A stretch of DNA of 63,460 nucleotides, the filler included, from Actinomycetota bacterium (GTDB lineage: Bacteria; Actinomycetota; CADDZG01; JAHWKV01; JAOPZY01): NCBI GenBank assembly GCA_025963875.1. It is 8 parts of 8 records of this genome, joined end to end, with 100 filler letters (N's around TTAATTAATTAA, not from the genome) between each part and the next. Parts side by side here need not be neighbours in the genome. Positions count along the whole stretch, not along the records: positions 19,676 to 27,211 come from JAOPZY010000191.1; positions 27,312 to 41,926 come from JAOPZY010000192.1; 6 more parts are not named here. One strand, 5' to 3'. Below, piece by piece: positions 19,676 to 29,370 of the stretch (position 1 is its first letter; each line of letters starts with the position of its first letter). The notes beneath the pieces are model-generated. The model did no database searches, was not told where the DNA came from, and worked only from the letters and a program-made list of their open reading frames with translations. Made by a program: the position numbers and the translations under genes.

Positions 19676-20935
19676 GATCTCCGGACGACCTTCCACCTCT
19701 CCGGGAGCTTTGCGTCGCGGCTCGCGGGCCGGCGGGGAGCATCGATCACCGCCGTCGACGGTGTGAGCCTGGTCGTGGAACGGGGCCAGATCTACGGCGT
19801 GATCGGTGAATCCGGCAGCGGCAAGACCACCCTCGGCCGCTCGATCCTCCGGCTCGTGGAGCCCACGTCGGGCACGGTCATGCTCGACGGGCGCGACATC
19901 CTGCGCCTGCGCCCACGGGACTTCCGGCCCTACCGCCGGCGGATGCAGATCGTGTTCCAGGACCCCCAGGCCGCCCTCAGCCCCGCGATGACGGTGGGAG
20001 CCGCGGTGGCCCACCCGCTCATCATCCATGGTCTGGCCGACCGCGAGGAGGCGCGCCGCCAGGCCGGCGAGATGCTGGAGCGGGTGGGCCTAGAGCCGGC
20101 GGGGCGGTTCCTGAACGCCTACCCGACCGATCTCTCCGGCGGCCAGAAGCAGCGGGCCGTCATCGCCCGGGCGTTGATGCTGGGCCCGGAGCTCGTCGTG
20201 GCCGACGAGCCCGTGTCGATGCTCGACGCCAGCGTCCGGACCAAGATCCTGTCGCTGCTGCTGGACCTGCAGCGCTCGCTCGGCCTGACGTACGTCTTCA
20301 TCACCCACGACCTCGCCACCGCAAGGTTCGTGTGCGATTCGATAGCGATCATGTACCTGGGCCAGGTGGTCGAGCAGGGTCCGGCCCGAGCCGTGTACGC
20401 CGAGCCACGCCACCCCTACACGAAGGCGCTGCTGGCGGCCGTCCCGCAGCCGGATCCGTCCAAGCGGGCGAAGAAGGAGATCCCCGGCGGCGAGATACCC
20501 GACGCAGCCTCGCCGCCGGCGCACTGCCGGTTCCACCCCCGCTGCCCCCGGGCGTTCGCTCCGTGCGGCTTCGAGGGCAGGGACCTTGTGGATGCGCTGG
20601 AGTCGAGGTGGACCGGGCTCGCGGAAGAGGAGTTCGCCGCCGAGCGGGCCCTGCTGGCCCGGTTGCTGCCCCAGGGCCGCAGGTTGATCGTCGTGCCAGG
20701 CGACGGCGCCCGCCCGGACGACGCAGTGCAACTCCTGGAGCGGCTCCGGGAGGAGGGGGGGCCGGCATTCCGCACCATCCAGTCCATAACTGCCGAGCGC
20801 GGCGTGGTGGTCGTCGAGCTCCCGCCCGGGCGGGACCCCGTGCCGGTCGTTGTCGACGGCACCTTCGTGTCCTGTCACCTCTACCCACCCGATGCGCCCG
20901 CCGGGGACCTCGATCATAAGAATAATTTCACGTAG
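19676..20935 (+). CDS. Oligopeptide/dipeptide ABC ATPase (DppF-like), 5' truncated
   Basis: GESGSGKTT, LSGGQKQR, ADEP, HPYTKALL, CRFHPRCP. Confidence 0.9.
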   Translation, partial: DLRTTFHLSGSFASRLAGRRGASITAVDGVSLVVERGQIYGVIGESGSGKTTLGRSILRLVEPTSGTVMLDGRDILRLRPRDFRPYRRRMQIVFQDPQAALSPAMTVGAAVAHPLIIHGLADREEARRQAGEMLERVGLEPAGRFLNAYPTDLSGGQKQRAVIARALMLGPELVVADEPVSMLDASVRTKILSLLLDLQRSLGLTYVFITHDLATARFVCDSIAIMYLGQVVEQGPARAVYAEPRHPYTKALLAAVPQPDPSKRAKKEIPGGEIPDAASPPAHCRFHPRCPRAFAPCGFEGRDLVDALESRWTGLAEEEFAAERALLARLLPQGRRLIVVPGDGARPDDAVQLLERLREEGGPAFRTIQSITAERGVVVVELPPGRDPVPVVVDGTFVSCHLYPPDAPAGDLDHKNNFT

Positions 20936-21080
20936 TTTTTTCGATTCACGAGCAGCCGTGGGTCAGGGGCCCATGATGGCATTGACACTTCCAGATACGT
21001 GTTCTCGATTGCTCGCAATCGCCAAAGTCCCGATTGGACGGCTCTGAGAGGCATCCCGGTAAATCGAGGTCGGTGGTTAC

Positions 21081-21854
21081 ATGGAGAGGGCATGGGGGGG
21101 ATTGTGTCGATCTGCTGCGTTGTCACATGGGCACCATACGCTGGGCGACGCGACGGGTCCGGCGCCTTCGGTGGGCCGCGGAGGAGCGTGCACAGCCTTG
21201 CTGGATGAGGCGCCTGGGGGCCACGAGCGCCAGCCTTCCATCAACCTCATCATCTGCGACAGCCAACCGATCTTCGCCCTGGGACTCGTGCAGCTCCTCC
21301 GCAGTGAGGCGCCGGAGTTCGAGGTGGCCGGGATCGCAGCCTCGGTCGACGATCTCCTCGAGATGACCAGCCGGCTCCGACCGGATCTGGTGATGCTCGA
21401 TGCCCGCTTCGGCATCGAGCCGGCGCGACCGCTCTTCTCCATGTCCCCGCCGGTCAAAGTGATTCTCGTGGCCAGCGCCGACCACGAGATGGACCTGGCC
21501 GATGCGCTGGCTGCCGGGGTGTGCGCCTATCTCCTCAAAGAGCAGGGCATCTCCGACATCGTCCAGGTCTTACGGCTGGTCCTGCGCGACCTTCTGGTCG
21601 TCCCCGCGGCCCTCGCGAGGAGCACGCTGCATTCCGGGACGGAGGGCCTGCGTGCCCTCGACGCGGTCGAGCGCCAGATCCTGGCGCATATCGCACAGGG
21701 GGAAACGAACCGGGACATCGCCCGGGCATTGAACCTGAGCGAGCGAACCGTGCGCCGGCGGGTGATTCACGTCTACGACAAGCTGCACGTGAGCGACCGC
21801 GTGGACGCCGCCCTCTACGCGGAGCGCCACGGGCTCCGTGCGCCCACCGTCTGA
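21081..21854 (+). CDS. NarL/LuxR-family response regulator (true start probably further downstream)
   Basis: REC domain (PDLVMLD, YLLK) plus HTH GETNRDIARALNLSERTV. Confidence 0.85.
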   Translation: MERAWGGLCRSAALSHGHHTLGDATGPAPSVGRGGACTALLDEAPGGHERQPSINLIICDSQPIFALGLVQLLRSEAPEFEVAGIAASVDDLLEMTSRLRPDLVMLDARFGIEPARPLFSMSPPVKVILVASADHEMDLADALAAGVCAYLLKEQGISDIVQVLRLVLRDLLVVPAALARSTLHSGTEGLRALDAVERQILAHIAQGETNRDIARALNLSERTVRRRVIHVYDKLHVSDRVDAALYAERHGLRAPTV

Positions 21855-21876
21855 GACGCATCTTCACGAAATCGAC

Positions 21877-21913
21877 TTTCTGTTTCACCACGCTATGCGC
21901 GGTGAAACAGAAA
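21877..21913. repeat. REP-like palindrome, family A copy 2
   Basis: tttctgtttcaccacg-ctatg-cgcggtgaaacagaaa, at the junction of convergent genes. Confidence 0.7.
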
Positions 21914-22607
21914 AAGAATTCTGCTGGCTACCAGTCGGGGCGCCACCAGACGCCGCGCGAGGGAGCCAGGCGGCCGTGAAGATGTGATCGCGGCCGAGGA
22001 GGAACCGCCCCTGAATCCGTTGGATGTCGGCCGCCAGGGGGCCGAGCTCGCGAGCCGGAGAGACGGAGAACCGGCCCTGTGACAGCGTGACCTCGACGTC
22101 GGCGAACTCGAGCTCGAAGTGCCGAACCGGGTACAGCGCCTTGAAGAGGCTCTCCTTGGCGCTGAACACTACCGTGCGCCAGCAGGGATGTCCCGAATCC
22201 CGATACCGGTCCAACTCGGCGGGCGTGCAGATGAAGGACTCCAGATCGCTGCCGGCAGCCCCCCATTGCTCCGCGTCGATCCCCAGTGCTGGCAGATGCT
22301 CGCTGAGCGCCACTGCGGCGGCCACGTAGCCCGGGCAGTGCGTGATGCTGCCCACGATCCCCGCCGGCCACAACGGCTCCCGGCGCGGTCCCGAGGGAAT
22401 CGCGACGTCGTGGACCCCGAGCGCGGCAAGTGCCAGGCGGGCGCAGGCGCGGCCGGCTCGGAAGTCGCGGCGCCGCTTCTCTGCGGCGTTGGCGATGATT
22501 GCCGACTCCTCCGGAAAGAGCGAAACGTCGTGCGGGGGCCGTTCACCCTCGACCACGCGAACAACCGGCGGGACGATGCGCTCGATCAGTTTCGGCTCGT
22601 TTTCCAT
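21885..22607 (-). CDS. 4'-phosphopantetheinyl transferase (EntD/Sfp type)
   Basis: KRRRDFRAGRACAR, WPAGIVGSITHC, GIDAE, FSAKESLFKA. Confidence 0.92.
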   Translation of the reverse strand: MENEPKLIERIVPPVVRVVEGERPPHDVSLFPEESAIIANAAEKRRRDFRAGRACARLALAALGVHDVAIPSGPRREPLWPAGIVGSITHCPGYVAAAVALSEHLPALGIDAEQWGAAGSDLESFICTPAELDRYRDSGHPCWRTVVFSAKESLFKALYPVRHFELEFADVEVTLSQGRFSVSPARELGPLAADIQRIQGRFLLGRDHIFTAAWLPRAASGGAPTGSQQNSFSVSPRIAW

Positions 22608-22641
22608 GCATAACGCGCGGTTCGATGGGTATCTCGTCTAC

Positions 22642-24042
22642 ATGAGTTTCCGGGGGGGACCTCTAAATACGACATTCGCTTCTTCCCCGCGCCCCACCCT
22701 CCCGGCCGATGCCCTGCACGACACGCTCTCCGAGCTCGCGCAACGATACAGAGTGCCGGGAGCCCAGCTCGCCATCCACCATGGTGGTCAGACCGTCTCG
22801 GTCGAGGTCGGCGAGCTGCGGCATGGGACGGGGCACCCGGTCAGGCGGGATTCGGCGTTCGCCATCGGCTCGATCACCAAGTCCTTCACGGCGACGTTGG
22901 CGATGATCCTTGCCGCCGATGGGGACCTGGAGCTCGATGCGCCGGTGGCCGACGACGTGCCGGAGCTGCGCAACGGCTCGGATGACCTCGGGAGGCAGCT
23001 CACGCTTCGCGACCTGCTGAGTCACACCAGCGGTCTCTGCCTCGGCCCCGACTCGACGGAGGTTGCCGGAGCGTCCCGGCGGCGCTACGTGCTTGACCAC
23101 TGTCTCAGCCAGAACCGGGTCGTTCCTCCGGGCACCGGCTTCTCGTACTCCAACATCGGCTACGTCCTGGCGGGTCACCTGATCGAGGTCGTCACCGGCA
23201 TGACCTGGTGGGAGGCCGTGGAGTCGATCCTGTTGCGGCCCCTGGGCATCGAGGCAACCTTCATCGCCACACCCGACCACCGCCCGCCGGGGCGTGCGGT
23301 TGCCACCGGTCATTCGTACAACGCCTCGATCGACAGGATCCGTCCCGTCGGGCAGTCCCAGGCCCTCGCCGAGGCCCCGGCGGGCGCGCTGCAGATGAGC
23401 GCCGTCGACCTTGTGACCTTTGGATCGGTCCACCTCGGTGGTTGCACGGCGGGGCTGCTGCCGCCCGCGTACGCAGAGCACATGCGGGAGGCCGTTCCTG
23501 CGGCGCAGCCGTTCGGAATCGCCGACGGATGGGGGCTGGGGCTGGCATTGTTCTCCACCGGAGACACCGTCTGGGTCGGCCACGACGGCAATGCGGACGG
23601 CACCGCCTGCTACCTGCGCATCGAGCCGGTCAGCGGCACCGTTGTGGCCTGCACCACCAATGCAGTCAGGGGGATCGGCCTGTGGCAGGAACTCGTCACC
23701 GAGCTGGCAGGAGCAGGCCTGCCGATCGCCAACTACTCCACAATCGAAAGGCTGGGCCCGCGCACATCTGCTCCACCCGACTGCGTCGGCAGCTACCTGA
23801 ACGGGAACCTTGAGTACTCGGTGACGCTGGAGCGCCGGGATGCCCTGCTCGCAGTCGACGGCGAGAACATCGCGCGTCTCGCATTCCACGAGGGTTTCAC
23901 GTTCGCCCAGCAGGATCTGGAGTCGGGACAGTGGGCGAACGCGGGACGGCTCCTGCCGGATCCGATCAGCGGGGATTTCGACCTGATCCAGGTGGGCGGC
24001 CGCCTCGCTCGCCGTCATTCCGGGGGCCCGCGGGAAAGCTGA
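22642..24042 (+). CDS. Beta-lactamase/PBP-like serine hydrolase; candidate PBP-type thioesterase
   Basis: SITK (SxxK), LLSHTSG, YSN and GHDG motifs; extra C-terminal domain; no signal peptide. Confidence 0.85.
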   Translation: MSFRGGPLNTTFASSPRPTLPADALHDTLSELAQRYRVPGAQLAIHHGGQTVSVEVGELRHGTGHPVRRDSAFAIGSITKSFTATLAMILAADGDLELDAPVADDVPELRNGSDDLGRQLTLRDLLSHTSGLCLGPDSTEVAGASRRRYVLDHCLSQNRVVPPGTGFSYSNIGYVLAGHLIEVVTGMTWWEAVESILLRPLGIEATFIATPDHRPPGRAVATGHSYNASIDRIRPVGQSQALAEAPAGALQMSAVDLVTFGSVHLGGCTAGLLPPAYAEHMREAVPAAQPFGIADGWGLGLALFSTGDTVWVGHDGNADGTACYLRIEPVSGTVVACTTNAVRGIGLWQELVTELAGAGLPIANYSTIERLGPRTSAPPDCVGSYLNGNLEYSVTLERRDALLAVDGENIARLAFHEGFTFAQQDLESGQWANAGRLLPDPISGDFDLIQVGGRLARRHSGGPRES

Positions 24043-24066
24043 GACGACCGCCCAGGTCCGGTGCGA

Positions 24067-24273
24067 TTACGACCCCGACGCGCCGTCCATCTGCTCGCGC
24101 AGGCTCCGGGGACGCATGTCTGTCCAGACCTCGTCGACGTAGGCGGAGCACTCCTGCTTCGTCCCTTCCTTGCCCACGCGATACCACCCTGCCGGCACCT
24201 CGTGGCCGGCCAGCCACAGTGAGTACTGGTCCTCGTCGTTGCGCAGGACCTCGTAGCGGGCGTCGTCATCCAT
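24067..24273 (-). CDS. MbtH-like protein
   Basis: NDEDQYSLW, VPAGW, WTDMRPRSL. Confidence 0.95.
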   Translation of the reverse strand: MDDDARYEVLRNDEDQYSLWLAGHEVPAGWYRVGKEGTKQECSAYVDEVWTDMRPRSLREQMDGASGS

Positions 24274-25621
24274 CTCGCTGTCTCCTTTCGCTGGGGAGCG
24301 ATTCGCTTGAGAACGATTGCGTCGAAAGAGGCCGTTCGAGGGGTTGCTCGGCCACGGGGGACGCCTCGCCGGCATCGTGGCCGGGAAAGGCGCGCAGCGT
24401 GGGGCTGAGGGTGGCCAGCACCGTGACCAGCGCGAGGCCGGCCGCGCATAGCAGGACCGCCCGGTCGTAGGACACGGCCCCCACGAGGAGGCCGCCGACC
24501 GCCGGGCCGAGGGCGGCCGCGACGCCGCCGAGCACGCCCATCACGCTGGCCAGCCGGCCGCGCATCCCATCGGGCGTCACCAGGAGCTGGTAGGTGATGA
24601 TGGTCGTATTCGCGGTCGGCGGGAGGAACGCCATCGCGGCGAACAGCACCCCGAGGCCGTACCCGTTGCGGAGGAAGACGGCGAGGGGGGCGAGGGCCGT
24701 CAGGATCCAGAACACGCTGACGATCGACACGTACGGGTGGAGCTTCCGGTGCAGGTACGGCGCTACCAGCGTGCCGAGGAGTCCGCCCACACCCAGCATC
24801 GCCGCCATGACGCCGATCTGACCCGGCGGCACACCCCTGCCTCTGGCCAGCACGATGATGACGATGTAGTAGGCGGCGAAGAACAGATTGAGGCCGACGG
24901 CACAGAACGCCACCACCCGGATCGACCGGTTCCCCCAGACCCAGCGCAGACCCGCCGCCATCTCATGGACAAGATGCGGTTCGGGCTCCGGCTGGGTCTC
25001 CGGATCGGGTTTGGGCGGCAAGCGGAGGAACGTCAGCCCGACGAGGGCCAGGGCGTGGGTCACCACGTCGACGGCGAACGGCATGAATCTCCTCAGGGCG
25101 AACAGGAACCCGCCGGCTGCGGTGCCCAGCAGGTCGGCCAGATAGGAGCGGGCGGTGTTCATCGCCACCGCCGTCGAGACCTGGTTGTCCGGCACGACGT
25201 TCGGCAGGCTCGCGTCCTCGGCCGGGACGAACAGGGCCGAGCACACACCCATCACTGCCGCCACCACGATGATATGCGGCAGCGTGACCACGCCCCACGC
25301 AATCGCCGCGACCAGGCTGGCTCCCGAGATCACCTGCGCCGCCTCGCAGCCGAGCATGATCTTCTTGCGGTCCCAACGGTCAGCGAGCGCTCCCATCGGC
25401 AGCCCGGCGACGACATGCGCCGCGGCGATCACGCCGAGGACAAGGCCGGACGCTCCCGCTGAGCCGGTGATGGCGAGCACGAGCAGGGGGAAGGCGATCG
25501 TCGACGCGCTGAGGCCGAATTCCGACACCACCTGGCTGCCCCAGAGCACCTGGAAGTTCCGGTTGCGTGACAGGGGGATCGTGGCGGGCCGTCCGCGCTC
25601 GTCTCCGTTGCGGTGCGCCAT
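24266..25621 (-). CDS. MFS transporter (EntS/H+ antiporter-like)
   Basis: RNRNFQVLW, GALADRWDRKK, about 12 TM segments. Confidence 0.88.
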   Translation of the reverse strand: MAHRNGDERGRPATIPLSRNRNFQVLWGSQVVSEFGLSASTIAFPLLVLAITGSAGASGLVLGVIAAAHVVAGLPMGALADRWDRKKIMLGCEAAQVISGASLVAAIAWGVVTLPHIIVVAAVMGVCSALFVPAEDASLPNVVPDNQVSTAVAMNTARSYLADLLGTAAGGFLFALRRFMPFAVDVVTHALALVGLTFLRLPPKPDPETQPEPEPHLVHEMAAGLRWVWGNRSIRVVAFCAVGLNLFFAAYYIVIIVLARGRGVPPGQIGVMAAMLGVGGLLGTLVAPYLHRKLHPYVSIVSVFWILTALAPLAVFLRNGYGLGVLFAAMAFLPPTANTTIITYQLLVTPDGMRGRLASVMGVLGGVAAALGPAVGGLLVGAVSYDRAVLLCAAGLALVTVLATLSPTLRAFPGHDAGEASPVAEQPLERPLSTQSFSSESLPSERRQRDG

Positions 25622-27211
25622 CAGGCCGTCTCCGCCGCGTGCCGGGCAATCCGCCGGAGAGCGTCGACGAAGTCGTGGGCAACCGATGTCACCGTCGAGG
25701 CCGCGTACCGGTCGGGCCGGTAGTACCAGGAGAAGCCGAGCTCTCCGTCACCCACCTCGCCCACCACCTCCAACAGGTGCTCGCCCACATCGGCGGGGTC
25801 GGTGGCCTGCCCGAGGGACCCGTGGAAGGTCCGGTAGAGGCTGCTCCCAATCTCTCCCTGCGACCGGGCGTCCCACTGGCCCAGGTAGTTGAACACGATC
25901 TGCGGCCCCGGCTTTCCGGCGAGCAGCCGTTCGCGAGCCGGCCCCGGGCCCAGGTGTTGCAGCGCCCCGAAACCGAACCCGTTGCCGGGAATGGCGCGGA
26001 GCTGCCGGCGCACGGACTTGACCAGCTCACGCCACCGGGGCTCCTCTCCGGGGGGCACGTCGAGCACGACGGGGAAGAGGGTGGTGAACCAGCCGACGGT
26101 GCGAGAGAGGTCGACGCCGTCGAGGACGTCCTCGCGGCCGTGGCCCTCCAGGTCGATGGAGACGCGCTCGCATCCGGTCCACCGGGACAGGGCCCACGCC
26201 AGGGCTGCGAGCAGGACGTCGTTGATCCCGGTCCGGTAGGCGGCGGGTGCCGCATGCAGCAGGGCATCGGTCTCCTCGCGGCTCAGCTGGACGGAGACCA
26301 CCCTGGCCGGCGTCCGCACGGGCACCACCGTGGCATCCCCCGGCAGCTCGGGCCCCTCCAACGCTGCCGCCCAATGGTCGAGCTCCTGGTCGAACCCCCC
26401 GCCGGCCGCGTGGTCACGCAGCGCCAGCGCCCAGTCCCGGAACGACGTCGTCTTGGGTCCGAGATCGATCGTCTGTCCCAGGACCACCTGCTGGTAGGCG
26501 GCATCGAGGTCGTCGAACAGGAGGCGCCACGAGACACCGTCGACGACAAGGTGGTGCGCCGCCAGGAAGAGGTAGGGCCTGCGCCCAGGTCCGGAGACAA
26601 AGAGCACGCCCTTGAACAGCGGACCGCTCCGGAGGTCGAAGCTGGCGTGGATCTCGTCGGCGATTTTCTCCATGGCAGCCGGGAGCTCTTCTTCCCCCAC
26701 GTGTGACAGGTCGTGCCGCTGTAGCACTTCCATGGACTCGAGGGGCTCGAGGCCGGCGTTGTGCTGCTGCCATTGCCCGTCGGTGTGGACGAACCGCATG
26801 CGGAGTGCGTCGTGGTGGGCCACCAGCGCGTCGAGCGCTCGCCGGAGGGCCTCCTCGTCGAGATCGTCGGTCAGCTCCAGGAGATGGGACTGGTTGAAGT
26901 GCTGAGGGTTGACCCTGCGCGTCCGGAAGAACCAGTGCTGGATCGGCGTGAGCGGGACGGGGCCGACGACGGGCTTCCGCTCGGCCGCCCCGTCGTCCAC
27001 GATCGTGATCAGGGGCGCGAGGCCGGCGACGGTCTGGTGCTGGAAAAGGTCCTTGGCCACGAAGCGCAGGCCGGCCTTGCGGGCCCGCGACACGACCTGG
27101 ATGCTCAGGATGGAGTCCCCGCCGAGCTCGAAGAAGTTGTCCTCGACCCCGACCCGCTCGAGGCCGAGCACGTCGGCCCAGATCCCCGCCAGCGTGGCCT
27201 CGGCGTCGGTG
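25621..27211 (-). CDS. NRPS C-terminal T-E didomain (5' truncated)
   Basis: PCP motif FFELGGDSI; epimerase motifs PLTPIQHWF, HHLVVDGVSW, EGHGRE, RTVGWFT, FNYLGQ; no TE domain. Confidence 0.93.
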
Positions 27212-27311
27212 NNNNNNNNNNNNNNNNNNNNNNNNNNNNNNNNNNNNNNNNNNNNTTAATTAATTAANNNNNNNNNNNNNNNNNNNNNNNNNNNNNNNNN
27301 NNNNNNNNNNN

Positions 27312-27365
27312 GGGGGCGAGCTTGATGATCTCGGGCCTCGTCCCGAGCGGGATGAGCAGCCTCAC
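27312..27365 (-). CDS. wecB: UDP-GlcNAc 2-epimerase, N-terminal fragment
   Basis: Manual translation MRLLIPLGTRPEIIKLAP; GTGA coupling to the upstream gene. Confidence 0.8.
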
Positions 27366-28849
27366 GATTCGAAGACCTCCTCGAAGTGTCGGATCATCGT
27401 CACGCCGCTCCGGTAGGTGAGCCGTTCGGGGCGGATCGCCAGGCCGAGCACGCCCCGGAGGTACTCGCCCACCAGGTCGGCCCCGGCCGCGATGGAGAGG
27501 GGGAGGCCCCCGGAGAACCGAGGGTTGACCTCGATGAAGGTGATCGTACCGGCCTCGTCGACGAATCCCTGGACGTTGGCGGGCCCGGTCAGCCCCACTG
27601 CGGCGAGCACCTCCCCGGTGCGGGCGACGAGGGCGTCGTCGGAGAACGTCCTGCCCTTCGTGGAGATCCCCGCCTTGGTCTCCAGCCGCCAGCGGGGGAC
27701 CGCGCCGGCCAGCGTCCCGTACGGGTCCACCAGAGCGTCGACCGTGAATTCACGGCCGGTGACCCGGGTCTGGACGATGGGCTGGTCGACCCGCCGCAGC
27801 GCCCAGGCGAGGTCACGGCTGTCGTCTGCGGTGTAGACATCGCGCGAGCCGCGCCCGAAGCGGGGCTTCACGATCCACGGTCCGGGGACCCGGTCCACTC
27901 GCCCAGGCGAGGTCGCCGGGACTTTCACGCCGGCCCGCTGCATCACCTGGACGAAGCGCCACTTGTCGAGGCAGGCCTCGAGGGCGGTAGCCGAGGGGAT
28001 CCAGATTCCTGCCCCCGCGTCGCGGAGCTGGTATTCCGCCCGGGCCAGCCCTGCCATCTCCTCGGCCACGGTGCACACGACCGCCGTGGCCTGCGTCCGC
28101 CTCGCCACTGCGACGATCTCGGCCACGTAGCTGGGATCGTCGGCCCTCGGCACCACCGACCCCTCGTCGGCGAGGCGCAGCCCTGCCGCGAGCTCATCGG
28201 CGTCGACGCCGATGACCCGGACCCCGTGCCCGTCCAGCGCCCGGATCACCGACACGCCGGCCGGTCCGCCCGCCCCGGTCACGATGATCGTCCGCCCCTG
28301 CACGCCGGCTCCCCGGCCGATCGGCGCCGCGGAAAGGGAGCGGTCGAGCCGGGCCGGCAACGTGACAAGCCGGTTGCCGTTCCCGTTGCTCCGCACCGCC
28401 GGTACCTGGATTCCTTCCGGGATCCCTGTGTGGGCAACGAATGCCATCTCCAGTGGGGGAGGGACAGCCGCAAGCGTGCGAGCGGATGGGCCCTGGGCGG
28501 CAGGCTCGTGGCGGTGGGCCCAGAGCCGCAGCTCCACGACCGCCCGAGAGTCCATCGGCTCCCACTGCTGGCGTGCGACGGTGGCGGCCAGCGTCCTGAT
28601 GACCGCCGGATCGGTCTCGGTGGCGGCGCAGCGCAGGAGCAGGTCGGCGAAGGCCGACAGTCCCTGCGCACCCGCCGCGGCGATGGCGGAGCTCCGCACC
28701 GCCGCGTCCCCTGCGCCCAGGGCGAGCTCAAGACTCCGTCGCACCCGGCTCCGACCCCGCGACCGGGTGACGCGCCGCCAGACGATGCCGGCAACGGCCA
28801 GGCTGATGCCCACCGCAAGTAGCACGCTGGAGGCGTCGGGATGGGTCAT
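27362..28849 (-). CDS. ATP-grasp protein with N-terminal TM and HEAT-like region
   Basis: TGAGGPAG, CLDKW, IVKPRFGRGSR, EFTVD, IEVNPRFSGG; start MTHPDA. Confidence 0.82.
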   Translation of the reverse strand: MTHPDASSVLLAVGISLAVAGIVWRRVTRSRGRSRVRRSLELALGAGDAAVRSSAIAAAGAQGLSAFADLLLRCAATETDPAVIRTLAATVARQQWEPMDSRAVVELRLWAHRHEPAAQGPSARTLAAVPPPLEMAFVAHTGIPEGIQVPAVRSNGNGNRLVTLPARLDRSLSAAPIGRGAGVQGRTIIVTGAGGPAGVSVIRALDGHGVRVIGVDADELAAGLRLADEGSVVPRADDPSYVAEIVAVARRTQATAVVCTVAEEMAGLARAEYQLRDAGAGIWIPSATALEACLDKWRFVQVMQRAGVKVPATSPGRVDRVPGPWIVKPRFGRGSRDVYTADDSRDLAWALRRVDQPIVQTRVTGREFTVDALVDPYGTLAGAVPRWRLETKAGISTKGRTFSDDALVARTGEVLAAVGLTGPANVQGFVDEAGTITFIEVNPRFSGGLPLSIAAGADLVGEYLRGVLGLAIRPERLTYRSGVTMIRHFEEVFES

Positions 28850-29370
28850 GCGAGCGCCTCGGCAGCCCGCCGCGGCAGGACCAGGTACAGCATGAAGATG
28901 TACCCGAAGAGCGTGTACCCGAAGGTGAACACGGCGCCCACCCAGTCGTGGAACATGACGAGCGCTCCCCGTCCCCCCACCGATCCGACCCAGAGGACCG
29001 CCGCCATCCGGATGACGTTGCCGGCGGTCACGATCGCCACCGCGGCGATGAGGGCGGCGAGCTCGCGGGACCGGGAACGCCCACGGGAGCTGGCGGCGAG
29101 GGCGGCAAGGCAGACGAGGGCGAGCACCGAGGCAAGGACCGAGCAGGCGGGGGTCACGAGGGCGGCGAAGGGGTAACCGTGTACGGGCAGCACGATGATC
29201 TCGGGACCGATGGCGAGCGGCGGCCGTCCGCCGGCGACCAGGTGCAGGGTCCATGCCGTTGCGAGCGCCTCGAGGTGGCGCGTGGGGGCCTGCAGGAGGG
29301 CGAACCCTGCGGTCGCCGCCACGAGCACCAGGACGACCCTGATCGCGCTCCGGCGCGCGCGGCGGGTCAT
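28846..29370 (-). CDS. Exosortase/archaeosortase-family transpeptidase
   Basis: Multi-TM with ordered catalytic triad TPACS, GNVIRM, FHDWVG. Confidence 0.82.
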   Translation of the reverse strand: MTRRARRSAIRVVLVLVAATAGFALLQAPTRHLEALATAWTLHLVAGGRPPLAIGPEIIVLPVHGYPFAALVTPACSVLASVLALVCLAALAASSRGRSRSRELAALIAAVAIVTAGNVIRMAAVLWVGSVGGRGALVMFHDWVGAVFTFGYTLFGYIFMLYLVLPRRAAEALA

